52,379 nucleotides of DNA from Phoronis australis (GCA_002633005.1 NMRA01000596.1:192998-245376); one strand, 5' to 3'; counted from the first letter of the stretch, positions 33,109 through 46,403 are shown. Notes: a model not told the origin generated them from the sequence alone. Program-made: numbers and translations.

Positions 33109-35887
33109 TAGGGGGGTGACCGTTCGCAACCCTTGAGCATTTTTAAGATATGAAAATAAGGTCGCCATTATGCATCATTTTATTTTTGCGTATAATTTCC
33201 TTACTACACACTGAAGTAAGATTTTGACGTTTTACCCATATTTTCATGGTCAGCGAATTTTATAGTGCAATTTTTTGTTGAATACATTGTCAATTTGCAT
33301 AATTTATTGAAATTAAGGCCGCTTTATTCAAAATTTTACGTGGTCTAATAGCTATGGTACCAATCATCACAAGTGAACTCTCATGATATTTCCACCTATG
33401 TTTCTATGGTCAATTAGTTTAATGAAATCAGTTTGCATGCTGTTTCATCAAAAATTTGCATAATTAATGCAATTTAAGGCCACCATTATTCAAAATTTTA
33501 TTTTGCTTAAAGCTCCGTTTACCAAGCACTGCAGACTGGTTACTTTAATGTTTTCACCTATGCTTCCATGGTCATTGAATTTCATGGACCTCGTTTGTTG
33601 GTGGATACGTCGTGAATTTGCATAATATGTGCAACATAGTATCGCAATTATTCTACTTTTGCTTATTGCTGAAGTACCAGGCATCCCAAGGAAACTAGTT
33701 TAATATCTTTACCCATGTTTCTTTGAAATCAGTTTGCAAGTTGTTGCATGATGAATTTTCATAATTTATAGAAATAAAGTACACCAGTATTCCAAATACT
33801 GTTTCAGCTCGGCATAATTTCATTACGGGCATTATGTAGATTATTCTTGAATTTATCTCATGTTTTCATGCATAATTGATAATTTACATAAACTACAGCT
33901 GCTTCATTTAAAAGTCTGCTTGTGCTTATAACTGCTGCATGAGACACCAGAGGTTAGTCATAAATGATTGCACCAATGTTTCAGAGGTCAATGAATTTAA
34001 CGAAATCTGTTTGCAGGTTGTAGCATCTGCTTTTCAAGGATGAAGTAAGAAAATATTTTGTGTAGTGGGTGTTCTGCAGTTTGAGTTTAAAATTCCAAAA
34101 AAGATATTGCCCTGTGCTCCCCAGTCCATACAAAAAACGCAGATTAGTTGACCTGTGTGAATGCTGAAATGAGGCTCGGAGTCAGTTTATAGGGACCACG
34201 TTCACAAATACGAACATACATGTACAGTAGTGAGCGTATAGTAGGGATTTGCCCTCAAAGTAGAGACTCTTAAGGTTTGGGCACAAGTTGCCATTTGTCT
34301 TACGAGATTGAAACAGATTTTGGAGATACGGAGAACGGTAACATTAGATCTTGTACTAAAACCTATCACACGGAAGAAACTAATGCACGCCTTGATGCAC
34401 ATCTCAGGATATTGCACGAATCTGTCAAAAGTAGATACCAGCATCGATCCCAATGTCCATCCCAAAGACGCAGTGGTGAACATTAGCAGTGACAGCGTAG
34501 TTACTCCAACAGTTAATCTACGGGAAACAAAAAGCACTGGACTTCGAGAAAGGCTAGCAGTACGTTAGGAACACAAGTAGGCAATCACTGATGAAGATTC
34601 TTGTCCCTTAATACAGTACAAGGACATTGGAGATATCCTATGAAGAAGCTAACTCCATAATTGTGCAACAGGACGTGAAATGTGCATGTGAGCGTAACAA
34701 ATTTTAGCTTGTTTCGGACGACAAAAATGTATTTGTCTTGTCGTGTGCATTACTAAGACAAGGAACCGCTTCAAATACCACAACCATGAGATCACCTAGT
34801 AAGCGCAGAACAGTCGTAGACATAAAGGTAACAGTGGAAACATGTAGCGACATTGGGAAGGCCTCCTCTCTGCCCATGCACTGTAGGGGTGTAACACGGT
34901 AGCATACTACAATCGGGAGTTACAAAGGGATCCATCGTTAAAATATTAAAGGCTGGACATGACCTGTCGGCCATCTGCACATTTCTCGGATGTCAGACCA
35001 ATAAATTTTAGTGTGCCTGTTATGGAATGAAGAGAATCAGGAAGACTACTGGTATAGGGAAGTACTAAGAGCAAGAAATGTATGTCCGTCCACAAACTGT
35101 CACCGACATCAGAATCATTCACAGAGATTGTAAACGTAAACAGAACCCATTAACAGTCAGTCACGTGTTGGAATGTCACGTGACCAACACTAGATCCAGA
35201 TTACAATGGAACTGAGTGGATGGAAGAAAGATACCATAAACAAATCACTCTCACCATCAACAATTAAGCATGGTGTCCAACTAGCTCTATATATTGTATA
35301 CTGGTGATGATTTGATGTGACTGTAAAGGTCATATTCCACGAAATTCAAGTAGGATACAGTTGCAATGGCAATTTTCTATCCCCCCCACAATATTTTAGG
35401 AACGTTATACTGAAGTGTGCTCGCGTTCCGAGTGTTGAATTAGCATTTGAAACGTTTTGAGACTGGTTTCCAGTCGATAGGTTGTTGTCCTAGGTTTATA
35501 CAATTAAACAATTTGATCATCTACATATGTCCTGGGAATCAGACAAAACTTGAATTTGTAATGTAACGTGTAATAAATTACAGGCTATTTATATTTATGA
35601 CGTAATGACGGATTATATTACATTCACCAGTAAAAGTACCACAATAATCTACATGTAGTGCCCCCCCCCCCGTAAGAAAGCTACGAGCTAACAGAACTTT
35701 TAATAATGGCCGCATTTATTTGCATAAATTATGCAAATTTGTCGTGTAACTTGCAAACTGATTACATTAAGCTAATTGACCATGGGAAAGTAGGTTCAAA
35801 TATCATGAGAGTTTACCTGTGGTGCTTGGTACCGCAGCTATAAGCAAAAGCAGAATTTTGAATAATGGCGCCCTTAATTTGCATTAG
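33109..35887 (+). mobile_element. Decayed AcademX-like DNA transposon with long modular subterminal inverted repeats
   Basis: Relic motifs EEANSIIVQQ, VSDDKNVFVL, LLSAHAL*GCNTVAY, PTSESF and CDCKG in 34600-35370. 35700-35887 is reverse-complementary to about 33300-33490. The left arm is an array of ~170-bp modules. Confidence 0.65.
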
Positions 35888-38456
35888 TTTCTTGTTTGTC
35901 TTAACACACACTACATGCACCAGTATCGTTATTTTGTTCTTTGTAACGAAATTACTTTGATTTCCATGTAATGCTCTAAACTGCACCCATGATTCAATCT
36001 AATGCGAGCTCTACACAGCATATTTCAAACTTACAGAATAGATGTGATTTGTTGGCTCATTTTTATCTATCAGAAAGCAACTTTGTCTGCAATTTTCGGA
36101 TAGATAGTCGTAGTAATTTGCTGATTACAATTTTCGTAAATGCGATTACATCCTGAGTTTTTACTTTGAAGAATATAGTTGTACCAAACGGCTCTTCGTT
36201 TTTAAAATTGAGAAATATGAACCCGTATGCAAAATAACAATTGTTTAGGAATTGAAATTATTTGTTTTTTCCTTATGCTTATAGCATCCGCCAGCAAGAG
36301 TTCATAATGCCGATGATGGGCTTCCTAACTTATATGACTCTTGTGCAATTCGCCGGGTTGAAAAACGGCAGAGTTCAGTGGCGGATTTAGTTCAGTGGGA
36401 GGGGGGTCAAGGGGGCAATGCCCCCCCTAAAATTCTACCAGATACCATTTGGGAGTTCGGGTGCGCGCAAACCGGGGGGTAAATAAACAACGCATAGGCC
36501 CTGAGCAAACAGAACATGAACGGCCGTTTACCTTTTTTTTCTAGTCAACAGATCCGCAACCCCACTCATTCGAGGCCCCTGCGTCCCTACACTTTAGGCT
36601 GGGCGTGCGCATCTGTCGAAATTCTGGTTATTCCAGTGCCCTGCCCCCCACTCAAAATCCTGGATCCGCCCCAAGTTGCGAAAAGTTTTGTTGACAGTAA
36701 AGAAATTCCCGGCGGCAACTCTCGAAACCCAACCACATACTGTGAATGCTGTACATATTAAGGAAAATCCAGGACCGTGTGAACTTGTATTTTACACTTT
36801 TACTGTGTAATTTGGTGATGATTCGACGCCCAGCACCAAAGCTATTATAGGCCTAATTACAATTAAGTACCGTACATTTATCTCTGACAGCGACTCACAC
36901 ATGAGTGCCGTCAGGTTAGCCGGGAACAAAGTTGTGTGACGAGGCCGCTTGGTAAATGAAACAATTTTCAAACGAAAATGAAAACATCAAAAAAACTGAC
37001 AAAAAAATCTCAATGTCGAGCTTTATCGGCAAGGGCAAACCTTCCGTAGCCAGTGACCTTTGTTTGGACATATCTCACTTGACCTATTTTTAACTGTGTT
37101 AACGTCTTCTTAATTTGACCTATTTTTAACTGTGTCATAACACAAGTGGTGGACGTGAGCTGAGAAAGGATCCCGTCAACACTGGTCAAGGATAAGAACA
37201 ACCGTGACGGGCTTAAACGTTTACTGACATCACAGCACAGTTCAGTGAGATAGACTGGGTAATGTGAACAACTGCTTTTCGATTTTTCCATCATAGCCTA
37301 CCGTTTAAGTTTTTAGTCAGACTATCTGCTGTTAACCGATGGCCAGGCGATGGATCTTCGTTAGCCTCTGTTTAGCGTGCTGTGCGGGGTAAACCCTGGA
37401 TAAGGTCCAGCGACCTGGTTCAAATCATTACATAATCGGATGGCGAAGGAGTCTCTTGTTTCCAGTCATATGTATTTCGCTGCTGACAGGGTTGTCTCTT
37501 GTTGAAGTTATAAAAATGGCTCAATCTCATGCCCGTTGTTGGATTTTAGGGTAGGACTTAAGTCCAACAATTAATAATTACCTCGTAATCAAAGGACCCT
37601 GGACAGGTGCTTTGACCTTGGCCCAGTTTTTAAGCCCAGCTAAGAAATAGTTCGACACCAAAACACTGCTTTTCAACACAAAATAATAGCACTGCATGAA
37701 TCTGTTGCACAGGGCAGTTCTTTCAGCGCTGTCAGTGAGTAAGAAGGATGTCACTTTTTAAATGAACCACATATATAAGTCAAATTTGAGTGCACAGAGT
37801 TGCAGGACCCGGATTGGAAGTCTTCTGAATTTTTATTAATGTGTTAATTTATTGAAATAATAATAAATCCAAGGCATCATGAAATATTACTTGAAGATGG
37901 CAGTGAACATGTTATTTCAAGCGTTCATTGTGGCTAGTTAATTCTATCATGCTTTGATAGAAATGAAAGAACAATTCGGAGAACGGTGATTTCGGACATT
38001 AAGTACTCCACAGTTCAAATTAAAATAAATTGCCTTCAGTCGAAATTATATATTTGGTTTCTATGTAGTGAAAGACTTTCAAGGTAGTTGAGGGTTACAT
38101 CTACTGAAATAATCTCAGTACAGTAAAGTTGACATGTAGCCTAAGCCAATTAAAATAAGTAACTTAAAATTCATAGTACTTTAGAACATTTAAGACATTA
38201 CAAATGTTATCCAACAACACGACAAATTTACATGATATGAATGTGGACATGCCTAACTATTACCATGGCGACCAGGTGTTTCTTTACACTGGAATTTGGC
38301 AAGCATGATTTAAAAAAATAAGAAGTTGTAAGGATCTAGGATTGGAGACTGGAAACTTCACAGTCCAACACTATATCCTATTACTCTAAATAAGAGTCTT
38401 TACATTTTGCTGCCTTGATAACTTGAATTGAGAAACGAACAAGTTACAGCGCATGT

Positions 38457-40317
38457 AATTGACCTATCGCAAGCTCTGCCCCTATGCGAAAAGTCACATG
38501 ATACCCGACATTCGAACAAGATGACAGAGGCAAATACACTGTCGCTAAACGACGTTCTTGGTGGAATCGTTGAGTGTTTTTGTACTGTTTGAAAACGCGT
38601 CGACAGAGACAAGAGGCGATGCCTTTCAACAGTAAATCGTATGTTCATAATATGGGAATATGTAAAGGTGACGATGAAAAAATAAGTGCTCGAGGAGCCA
38701 GCGAAAATCCGAAGAACCCCTCGGCCTCGGGGCCACCTTCACCTGACAAATGACAAGGCCACTGATACGATATGTTCATGTAAAGCTGGGTATGTACCTT
38801 AAAGTCGAATTATCTGTATGATTCCATAGATTTCATGATCTTTCGAATAAAATCAGTGAAGATTCATCGATATTTTTATTCTGTCATCTGCTAAATTTCG
38901 CCAAATGAAAAGTAGGTCACAACTGGTGGGACTCCTGGAGTAAAGTAGGTCATAGATTACAGACAACACATGCACTATAGTGTCTGACTAGGTCGACTCG
39001 ATAGCACTGTTTGCGCTTTTCTAATCTTGTAACGAAATATTTTGATCAAAAAATTCAGGTTCATAGCTCAGGTACATACTCATCTCGTCCAAGGCAAACA
39101 GCTCCTGTAGATCTAGGGCTGTGTCTAAGTAAAATTAATGTCTGGAATTCAGTGGCGGATCTAGGATACCACAGGGGGGCCAACATATGTTGCCTCGTGG
39201 AATTGGGCAAAGTGCGATTGTATGTGCACAGGCGGCCCGAAAGTTGCAGGGGCCAGGGATGTAGACCGTTGGACCTTCTGTTCAGAAAATCTATCGGTGG
39301 ACTTAAAAAAACAGCCAGGAACACGATTCTGCCGCGATCTGNNNNNNNNNNNNNNNNNNNNNNNNNNNNNNNNNNNNNNNNNNNNNNNNNNNNNNNNNNN
39401 NNNNNNNNNNNNNNNNNNNNNNNNNNNNNNNNNNNNNNNNNNNNNNNNNNNNNNNNNNNNNNNNNNNNNNNNNNNNNNNNNNNNNNNNNNNNNNNNNNNN
39501 NNNNNNNNNNNNNNNNNNNNNNNNNNNNNNNNNNNNNNNNNNNNNNNNNNNNNNNNNNNNNNNNNNNNNNNNNNNNNNNNNNNNNNNNNNNNNNNNNNNN
39601 NNNNNNNNNNNNNNNNNNNNNNNNNNNNNNNNNNNNNNNNNNNNNNNNNNNNNNNNNNNNNNNNNNNNNNNNNNNNNNNNNNNNNNNNNNNNNNNNNNNN
39701 NNNNNNNNNNNNNNNNNNNNNNNNNNNNNNNNNNNNNNNNNNNNNNNNNNNNNNNNNNNNNNNNNNNNNNNNNNNNNNNNNNNNNNNNNNNNNNNNNNNN
39801 NNNNNNNNNNNNNNNNNNNNNNNNNNNNNNNNNNNNNNNNNNNNNNNNNNNNNNNNNNNNNNNNNNNNNNNNNNNNNNNNNNNNNNNNNNNNNNNNNNNN
39901 NNNNNNNNNNNNNNNNNNNNNNNNNNNNNNNNNNNNNNNNNNNNNNNNNNNNNNNNNNNNNNNNNNNNNNNNNNNNNNNNNNNNNNNNNNNNNNNNNNNN
40001 NNNNNNNNNNNNNNNNNNNNNNNNNNNNNNNNNNNNNNNNTTCAACATCATTTGTCGGCTTAGGACATGTCAAAAATGACGGGATATTATTCTGGAGCAG
40101 CATAACGGCTGTCGGCGCTACACACGCCATATCAACACCGTTTCCCCATTCTTAGCGGACAATTTCTTGAGCTATAGACTAAAGTAAATTTTACTCGACT
40201 GTGTGTGGTTTGTCGGGTAAAATGGCGGCTTGGAAACGCAGACGAAGGTGTGCCAAGAATGCTGCATTCTGATTGGTCAATTAAGCCGTCCGTCATAATC
40301 CTGGCGATAGGTCAATT
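38457..40317 (-). mobile_element. Putative TIR DNA transposon (ISL2EU/Harbinger-like) with a THAP start, spanning the gap
   Basis: 14-bp perfect TIR AATTGACCTATCGC (38457-38470) / GCGATAGGTCAATT (40304-40317). Minus strand MGKRC*YGVCSADSRY...CPKP runs from about 40149 into the gap. Confidence 0.5.
39342..40040. other. Assembly gap (699 N)
   Basis: Run of N. Confidence 1.
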
Positions 40318-40503
40318 GAAAGAACGATTTATACGTAAAATTTAGAAAAGCATGTTGTGACACCAAAACCTTGAAGCTCAATTGACTTGCAAAGAAAAAA
40401 CGATTTCAAAACTATTTCAACTATTTTTAAGCTGAGTGTAAGGTCAACTGAGTGGGATATTCACACTTAGAATATTCCTTATATTTTTGAACAAAATCAT
40501 AAA

Positions 40504-41512
40504 CATTGTGCAACGTTGCCTTTTTATATCAGCTTTCATCAAAATTTATCAAAGTTAAATCTTCACCAAGTTCAAAATAGCCGATTGAACATGCACTTCA
40601 GTTCAGCGTACGTCGCCATGTTTTCGGTGCCGAAGGTTCAACGGGAATTGTGTGCACTTTTATCACTCAATAAGTAACATCTGCGTGGCTGATATCAAGT
40701 GAAAACTGTTGAATTGCTCAGAATAGTAGGTATAGATATTTTTCACTAAAATTTCATCGTAAATTATTGGTGAAAATAATTTATACACGGTTTTAAACTC
40801 GTAACTTATGTTGTTTCCGACTCAATAAAAAAATGACCCAAATTTTGCCACAAAATTGCAATAACTTTGCACTGCTTAACCCGATTTTGATAATTTTTTA
40901 ATTTTTACTGACTGGGATGCATTATCTTTCCGATTACATGGACTAGGCTAAAATTCAATTTCTTTTTTCCTCTAAAAATCCAGCATTTTCTTTGATTCCT
41001 GAAGTATTATCCAAGAAAAAAAAGACAAAAAAAAAATCATGGAGAACGCATCAAACGGGGAAAAACTGCAAGAACCACAGTCTCGAACCCACGACCTGGG
41101 GCTTAGAGCGCGCGTGCTTTACCACTACACCACCACAATTTAACTACTAATTGGTACTAAGAGACCTACTTGTTTATGGTCCACAGCATTTGCGCGTGAA
41201 ACCAACTGCTTTTTGTTATGCTTATTACACGTTTTATATTTTGTGCAATCGGTTCTTAACAAATTTGTTGTATTTAAAATAGTCTTCAAATGCCCAAAAG
41301 ACCAAATCCGTTTTTCATGTTGGCAGTAATGACTGTATTGCTTTGAAAATCGTCTTAAGTTAAGGTTTGACAGAGAGAGAATTATGAGTTTCTGAGTGAT
41401 TCACTAAGACTTCGATTAAAATTCACATCTTACCAGCAGCTTCTGTTTTTTCATCATCACTCAGGTTCCATTTTCTTTAAAAAGTTAAGTAAATTTCCTT
41501 CATTGCACAGTG
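40504..41512 (-). mobile_element. Non-autonomous CAC-ended (Transib/CMC-like) element containing a tRNA-like segment
   Basis: Ends CATTGTGCAA (40504) / TTGCACAGTG (41512). Homology with 27664-28220 stops at this end. No matching TSD seen. Confidence 0.55.
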
Positions 41513-43012
41513 GAGCAGACGACGGAAACGGAGTCGTAGTTCGCAGCGCCACTGTCGGTCGCCTGGGATATCGCGGGAGAGCCTATACTTAGCCATAGTT
41601 CCGTTACGAATTTGACACTTGAAATTGGATCTGAGCCCCTCCCCCCCTCCCCAAACACTAAAACTGCACACATTTATATCTTGTTTCATCCGTATAATTT
41701 TAATTACCGAAGTTAATTAAAAAAATCAACATTTCCCTACGCTCTTGCTGTTGTATTTTTTTTTGCGGTAGCCAAGGGGGGGGGTGGGCCACCTGCCCCC
41801 CCCCCTAAATCCGCCTATGATACTAGTAGTTTATAAATCCTAAATCGAGGGCAGTATTTATAAAAAGCAATCAAATATAGAACTCTATTTGTGCAGCTTT
41901 TCTCAAGTTATTAACAGAGAACTTATCATTTGAGTTAGCATCATTGTCTGGATCTTGTTCTTGATGTCTTATTAAACTGGAGACTCTAGTGTCTACTATA
42001 GTTGGAAGTGACCCGCAAGATAATATTTCTTTGTTGTGGAGGCGACCAGGCAAGGGGGAGGATGGGTGTTCCAACTACTTGGTTGATAAGCTTTAAATTT
42101 TCTTATGGTAATGCGAGTGAGTGCAGTAAATTTTATGAGTGAGTATTTTAGCCACTGTATCACAGAATGTGGGGGCATCTTACACCCAGTGTGGCAGTGA
42201 GCAATTCATTAAATGCTGCTTCCGGGAGTCCTGTTGCCCCCCCCCCCACATGTAGTCTCCCTGTAAGTAGTTTGTCCAAAGAGAGCATTATGTTCGCAAG
42301 GCAGAAATAACAAACATGAAGGTCGCTCTTCGATTGCGTCTCGCGATGAAAGTGCAAGTGTGAACTGAGCGTGTAGCTGATTATTACTGCTTCTTTGACT
42401 CTACACTTTCTGTTCACTCGGGCACTTGTGCTAGATTATTTGATTGTGTGCAATCTTATCTCCAACCTTATTTAACTTCTCAATAATCATTCATTTTGGG
42501 GTTCTCAATTATCTGGAAGTTGAAACACATAGAAAACTTCTTTTGGCTCTTCTATTTCCGAGGTACACAAATATGACGTCACAATGACATCACTGTTGTC
42601 AACAATATCATTAGCATGTGGTGGTTGCAGTAAAATTACATAGTTTCATGTATTGTTAATTAAATTTCAATAAGTAAGTTTAATTTTTATCAGTATGACA
42701 ATTTTAAGCAAGACTTTGAAAAGACGCATGTATAGTTTAATCAAAGGTTTGAATTCAAGATAATTTAGACACTCACAGTTCTTTAAATTACTGAATTACT
42801 GACTTTTTCGATCTATGGGATAAGTAGTCATACCAGTTGGGTCACTGTTTGTCCTCATGTTCAGTTAAACCAGGATATTTGTTCCTGGGAAAACTGTCTG
42901 TGTGGACGCAGCATCTACATTTGCCGTGTTTACTCATCAGTCATTTGGGTATTGTTTACTTAATAAAAACATGAACTTGTTTTTTATTTCAGAATAAAGA
43001 ATACTTGCAAAA

Positions 43013-43130
43013 ATGGCGGGTACTTCAGACGACAGATTTGAGTTTGCGAGTAAAGGCTATGGAAAGAACAATGTTAAGCTGCTTCACATTCGACGAGATG
43101 GTCCAATACATCATATCCAAGAGGTTGAAG
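43013..43130 (+). CDS. UOX: Urate oxidase (uricase), first coding exon (MAGTSDDRFEFASKGYGKNNVKLLHIRRDG...EVE)
   Basis: aaaATGG start and YGK motif with the catalytic Lys. Donor g|gtattt at 43131. An acceptor tttcag at 42991-42992 indicates an upstream non-coding exon. Confidence 0.92.
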
Positions 43131-43602
43131 GTATTTTCAATGTTTAGATCGAAGGGTATAATACGATTAACCTTTTCTTAAGGTGCCTACTAATCTTCTG
43201 GTTTACGCTTCTTTAAGGGTGTTTCTAAGCGACAAGTGTGAGATTTCAGCCATTTATTGTGATCCTATTTCAAGGAGAACAGTTGAACTATAGTAGTAAG
43301 AAATCTTCAAAATGCCAGCAGATCAACCGATAAGGGTCCTCTGACAAGTCAACTTGGAGAGCCCTGGTTTTAATTAACTGCAGACTGTGAACTCTCTTGA
43401 AACCCTGAAACCATCTCCGATTTGACTTAGGAGACGAATTGCATAATGATATGGCAGTGGTCTAAATCTAGTTTTTGTGTTTTAATGAAGTTTACGTAAT
43501 AGCCTTTAAAACATACTCTAAAATTATTGATCAGGGTACCTGGCACTGACGAGTATATATAATGCTACGGTTATAATTAATAATATTGTTATTATTTTTC
43601 AG

Positions 43603-43718
43603 TCAGTACTCAGCTTGAGCTGAACTCTACCTATGATTACATTGAAGGAGATAATCGTGACATTGTTGCGACTGACACACAGAAGAATACAGTCTATATC
43701 TTGGCCAAGAAGCATGGG
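43603..43718 (+). CDS. UOX: Uricase exon (DYIEGDNRDIVATDTQKNTVYILAKKHG)
   Basis: Acceptor ttttcag| and donor ggg|gtgagc. GDN..IVxTDTxKNT motif with the catalytic Thr. Confidence 0.95.
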
Positions 43719-44109
43719 GTGAGCGTGTCTGCAGTACACATTTCATCAATACACATGAATTATTGTTGTACTTTAAAAGGATACTGAACCCTGTTATGAT
43801 CTGTTTCCACCAATCCTCGTTCTGTCACCTGCTAATTCATCATTGGCGTCAATCTTCCAAGTTGAAGGTAGGAATCAATCAAAAAACCATACTCCCTATG
43901 TCACAGGTAGGACATTGTGGTCCTTGGTGGGTGGTCTTTTCCTCGCAATTGTGGGTCTCGATAGCTCATTAAGCAGACTTTGAAAGGCGTTTTCAAATTT
44001 TCCTCCAAACTTTTTATAGTTTTTATGGATGACGAAGCATTCTTTTGTTTCTGAGAAGTTGATGGGAAAGTCGTTTTTAGTGTCTGTTGATAGGCCAAAA
44101 CCGGGGTTG

Positions 44110-44410
44110 GTATCTTTTTAAGAAATCCCAGTCTCACCTGTACACAATATCATTCTTAGTCAGGAGCCCACTGACAATCTCATCACTTCACAGACTAAGA
44201 GATCCCGTTCTTGTCAACGCAACATACCATTCTTGTTTTAAGAAGTCACAATCTCACCAATACACAAATGAATATCATTCTTGTTTTTAAGAAGCCACTT
44301 TGCCATCTCAGTACTCAGTATTTTTGATTTAAGATGCCATGATCTCATCAACAGATCACCGAATATCATTCTTGTTCAAGCCAGAATCTCATCAATACAT
44401 TCAAGTTATT
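44110..44410 (+). repeat. Degenerate tandem repeat in a uricase intron
   Basis: Recurrent aatatcattcttg..ttaagaag...aatctca blocks. Confidence 0.6.
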
Positions 44411-45008
44411 GGTCTCCTCGTTATATAGAGAAGCTTTGCCCGCAAATTATGAGTATTCTTGAGTAAGCAACAGTTTATAAATTCGCATTAGCCAAAATAT
44501 GGCAGATAACTATTTGTTCTGGTCTTCGCCCAACTTATTTTGAAACCTGCCACTCAAACCTGGCATCAAGTGGCGTGGAAAAAAGAATTCTGGGCCATTT
44601 CAACTCCAACCACTAGATGGGGCTACGGCTGATGTCTGCTTGCCACCAGACCCCACTAAGAGAAATCATTTATTGAGTCAACATACAGGATGAAGTAGTC
44701 CCTCGTGTGTATTTGCAATTGTCAGATTTTAAATCCACAAAATAGTAAATTATGTGAGGACTTTATATGAGTTACCTTGACTATTACATTCATTTGAAAA
44801 CTGCTGTATACATGGTTAAAAAAGACACAAAAATCATTCTGATTTGGAATGTGGTTATGCTCGAGGGATGCCTGCTTTTCCACAAGTGAAACTTTGGCAC
44901 ATATGTCTTCATACAAACAAAGCAAAAACATTTTTTTTTTTGAAAAAAATGCATCATTTTTGATATTTATGTAACTTACCTAAATTCACGGTTCACTGAT
45001 GCTTTCAG

Positions 45009-45131
45009 GTTAAGACAATTGAGAGGTTTGCGCTTCAGCTAGCAGAGCACTTTCTGATGCGGTATAGCCATGTGATCAGGGTCAAGATCACTGTACAGCT
45101 GTATCCATGGCGGCGGATTACCCAGGAAGAG
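45009..45131 (+). CDS. UOX: Uricase exon (VKTIERFALQLAEHFLMRYSHV...YPWRRITQEE)
   Basis: Acceptor ctttcag| and donor gag|gtggga. ExF...xxHFL..xxHV and PWxR motifs. Confidence 0.92.
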
Positions 45132-46324
45132 GTGGGAGGCTTACGCAAAAATGCCTGTTCTTGCTTTGATTATCGGGCTTTAGACTGTTGAAGCGAGCTC
45201 TAGCGTTAATCTGCACTTATCTCCCGAGATTTTTGAAGACATTGAGAAAACATTTTATGTTTCGGCTGACTGTATATTGTTATTTTGTATTTTTTGTTTT
45301 CTTAGGCAGTATAAGTTTGCTCGAAAATTTACTCAGACTGAGTAGATTACCATGTTTTGGAGACCACTAAAATGTACTTAGCCAAAATTACTCGAAATCT
45401 TATTAAGTAATTTTAAGTATTTCAGAAGGAAAGTGGGACCATCATTAATTCTTGAGTAAAATCTCTACAGCAAGTTTGGGAAAATTACTTGAAAATTGCA
45501 AAACCTTGCATACTCAATGTATCGTGCTATTGTTTTGAAGCCTTAAATTCACAATTCGATGTCTCATTATACTTTGCGTGTGTGTTAATTAGAATATTGC
45601 AATAAGTAGGAATATAAAAAATTTATTTACAAGGTACATGTACATACCGTGCACCTCTTTATTAAAAATTAGCAGACGACAATTCTTTTCACACCTCCTC
45701 TAATGGAAACTTCAAATTTGTTTACTGGGTTGTGGATGCACTTATTGTTGAGCAACTCGAGAACAGTTCTCGAGTCTTGAGTTCATATTGACTGTACTTA
45801 TCAATAAAAGTGGTAGGTGCCATTTTCCTAGTATTTTCAAGTCTGTTTTTTTTTGACATCCATATCCCTATCGGCCAAATTACTCTTAAGAAATTGGTAG
45901 ATGTGTTCTTACTTGGTAAAGCATGACCTCAATGATTTTTGGACAGTTTTGACTTCTGTCAAAGAAGTTCTGTGGTGCCCATTAGCGTCTGTTCTGCTGT
46001 TTTCGCATCCATAGCTGTTAACCCTTAAACCCCTGCCAGATCTTTGTGAAATTTGACAACGGATGACAATATTACTTTTGGACATATTTGACTAGCACCC
46101 AGTTTATTTTTTTTGCGATCTTGGCAGGTTTGTTCCCACTGTGGAAAGCATTTCTGACTTGCTGTGCACCCTCTAGAGGCTATTTTAATTTACTAGCATT
46201 GCTCCCTTTAGTGGGAATATTTGACAGTAATCATCCCTTGTATCTGTGATGCGATGCACACGGTGGCCACATATCAACACTTCGCAATGTTCTTGTGGAC
46301 TGTAATGCTTCTTTATTTTTCTAG

Positions 46325-46403
46325 GATGACAGAGAACACAATCATGCCTTTATATTTTCCCCGGAAGCCATGCGTTACTGTGAGGTTGAGCAGCTGAGGC
46401 ATG
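46325..46403 (+). CDS. UOX: Uricase exon (DDREHNHAFIFSPEAMRYCEVEQLRH)
   Basis: Acceptor ttttctag| and donor g|gtaatg. HxHAFI...CEVEQ motif. Confidence 0.93.

Noticed and set aside
37330-37570. Possible minus-strand CR1 C-terminal relic (RDSFAIRLCNDLN)
   Set aside because: Similarity is too short and degenerate to support without a search.
39011-40130. Long ORFs of 275-350 aa in the ORF track
   Set aside because: They are artefacts of translating through the N gap.
41075-41136. Functional tRNA with a CTA (amber suppressor) anticodon
   Set aside because: Anticodon and acceptor stems do not pair, and the second copy has a different loop; treated as tRNA-like only.
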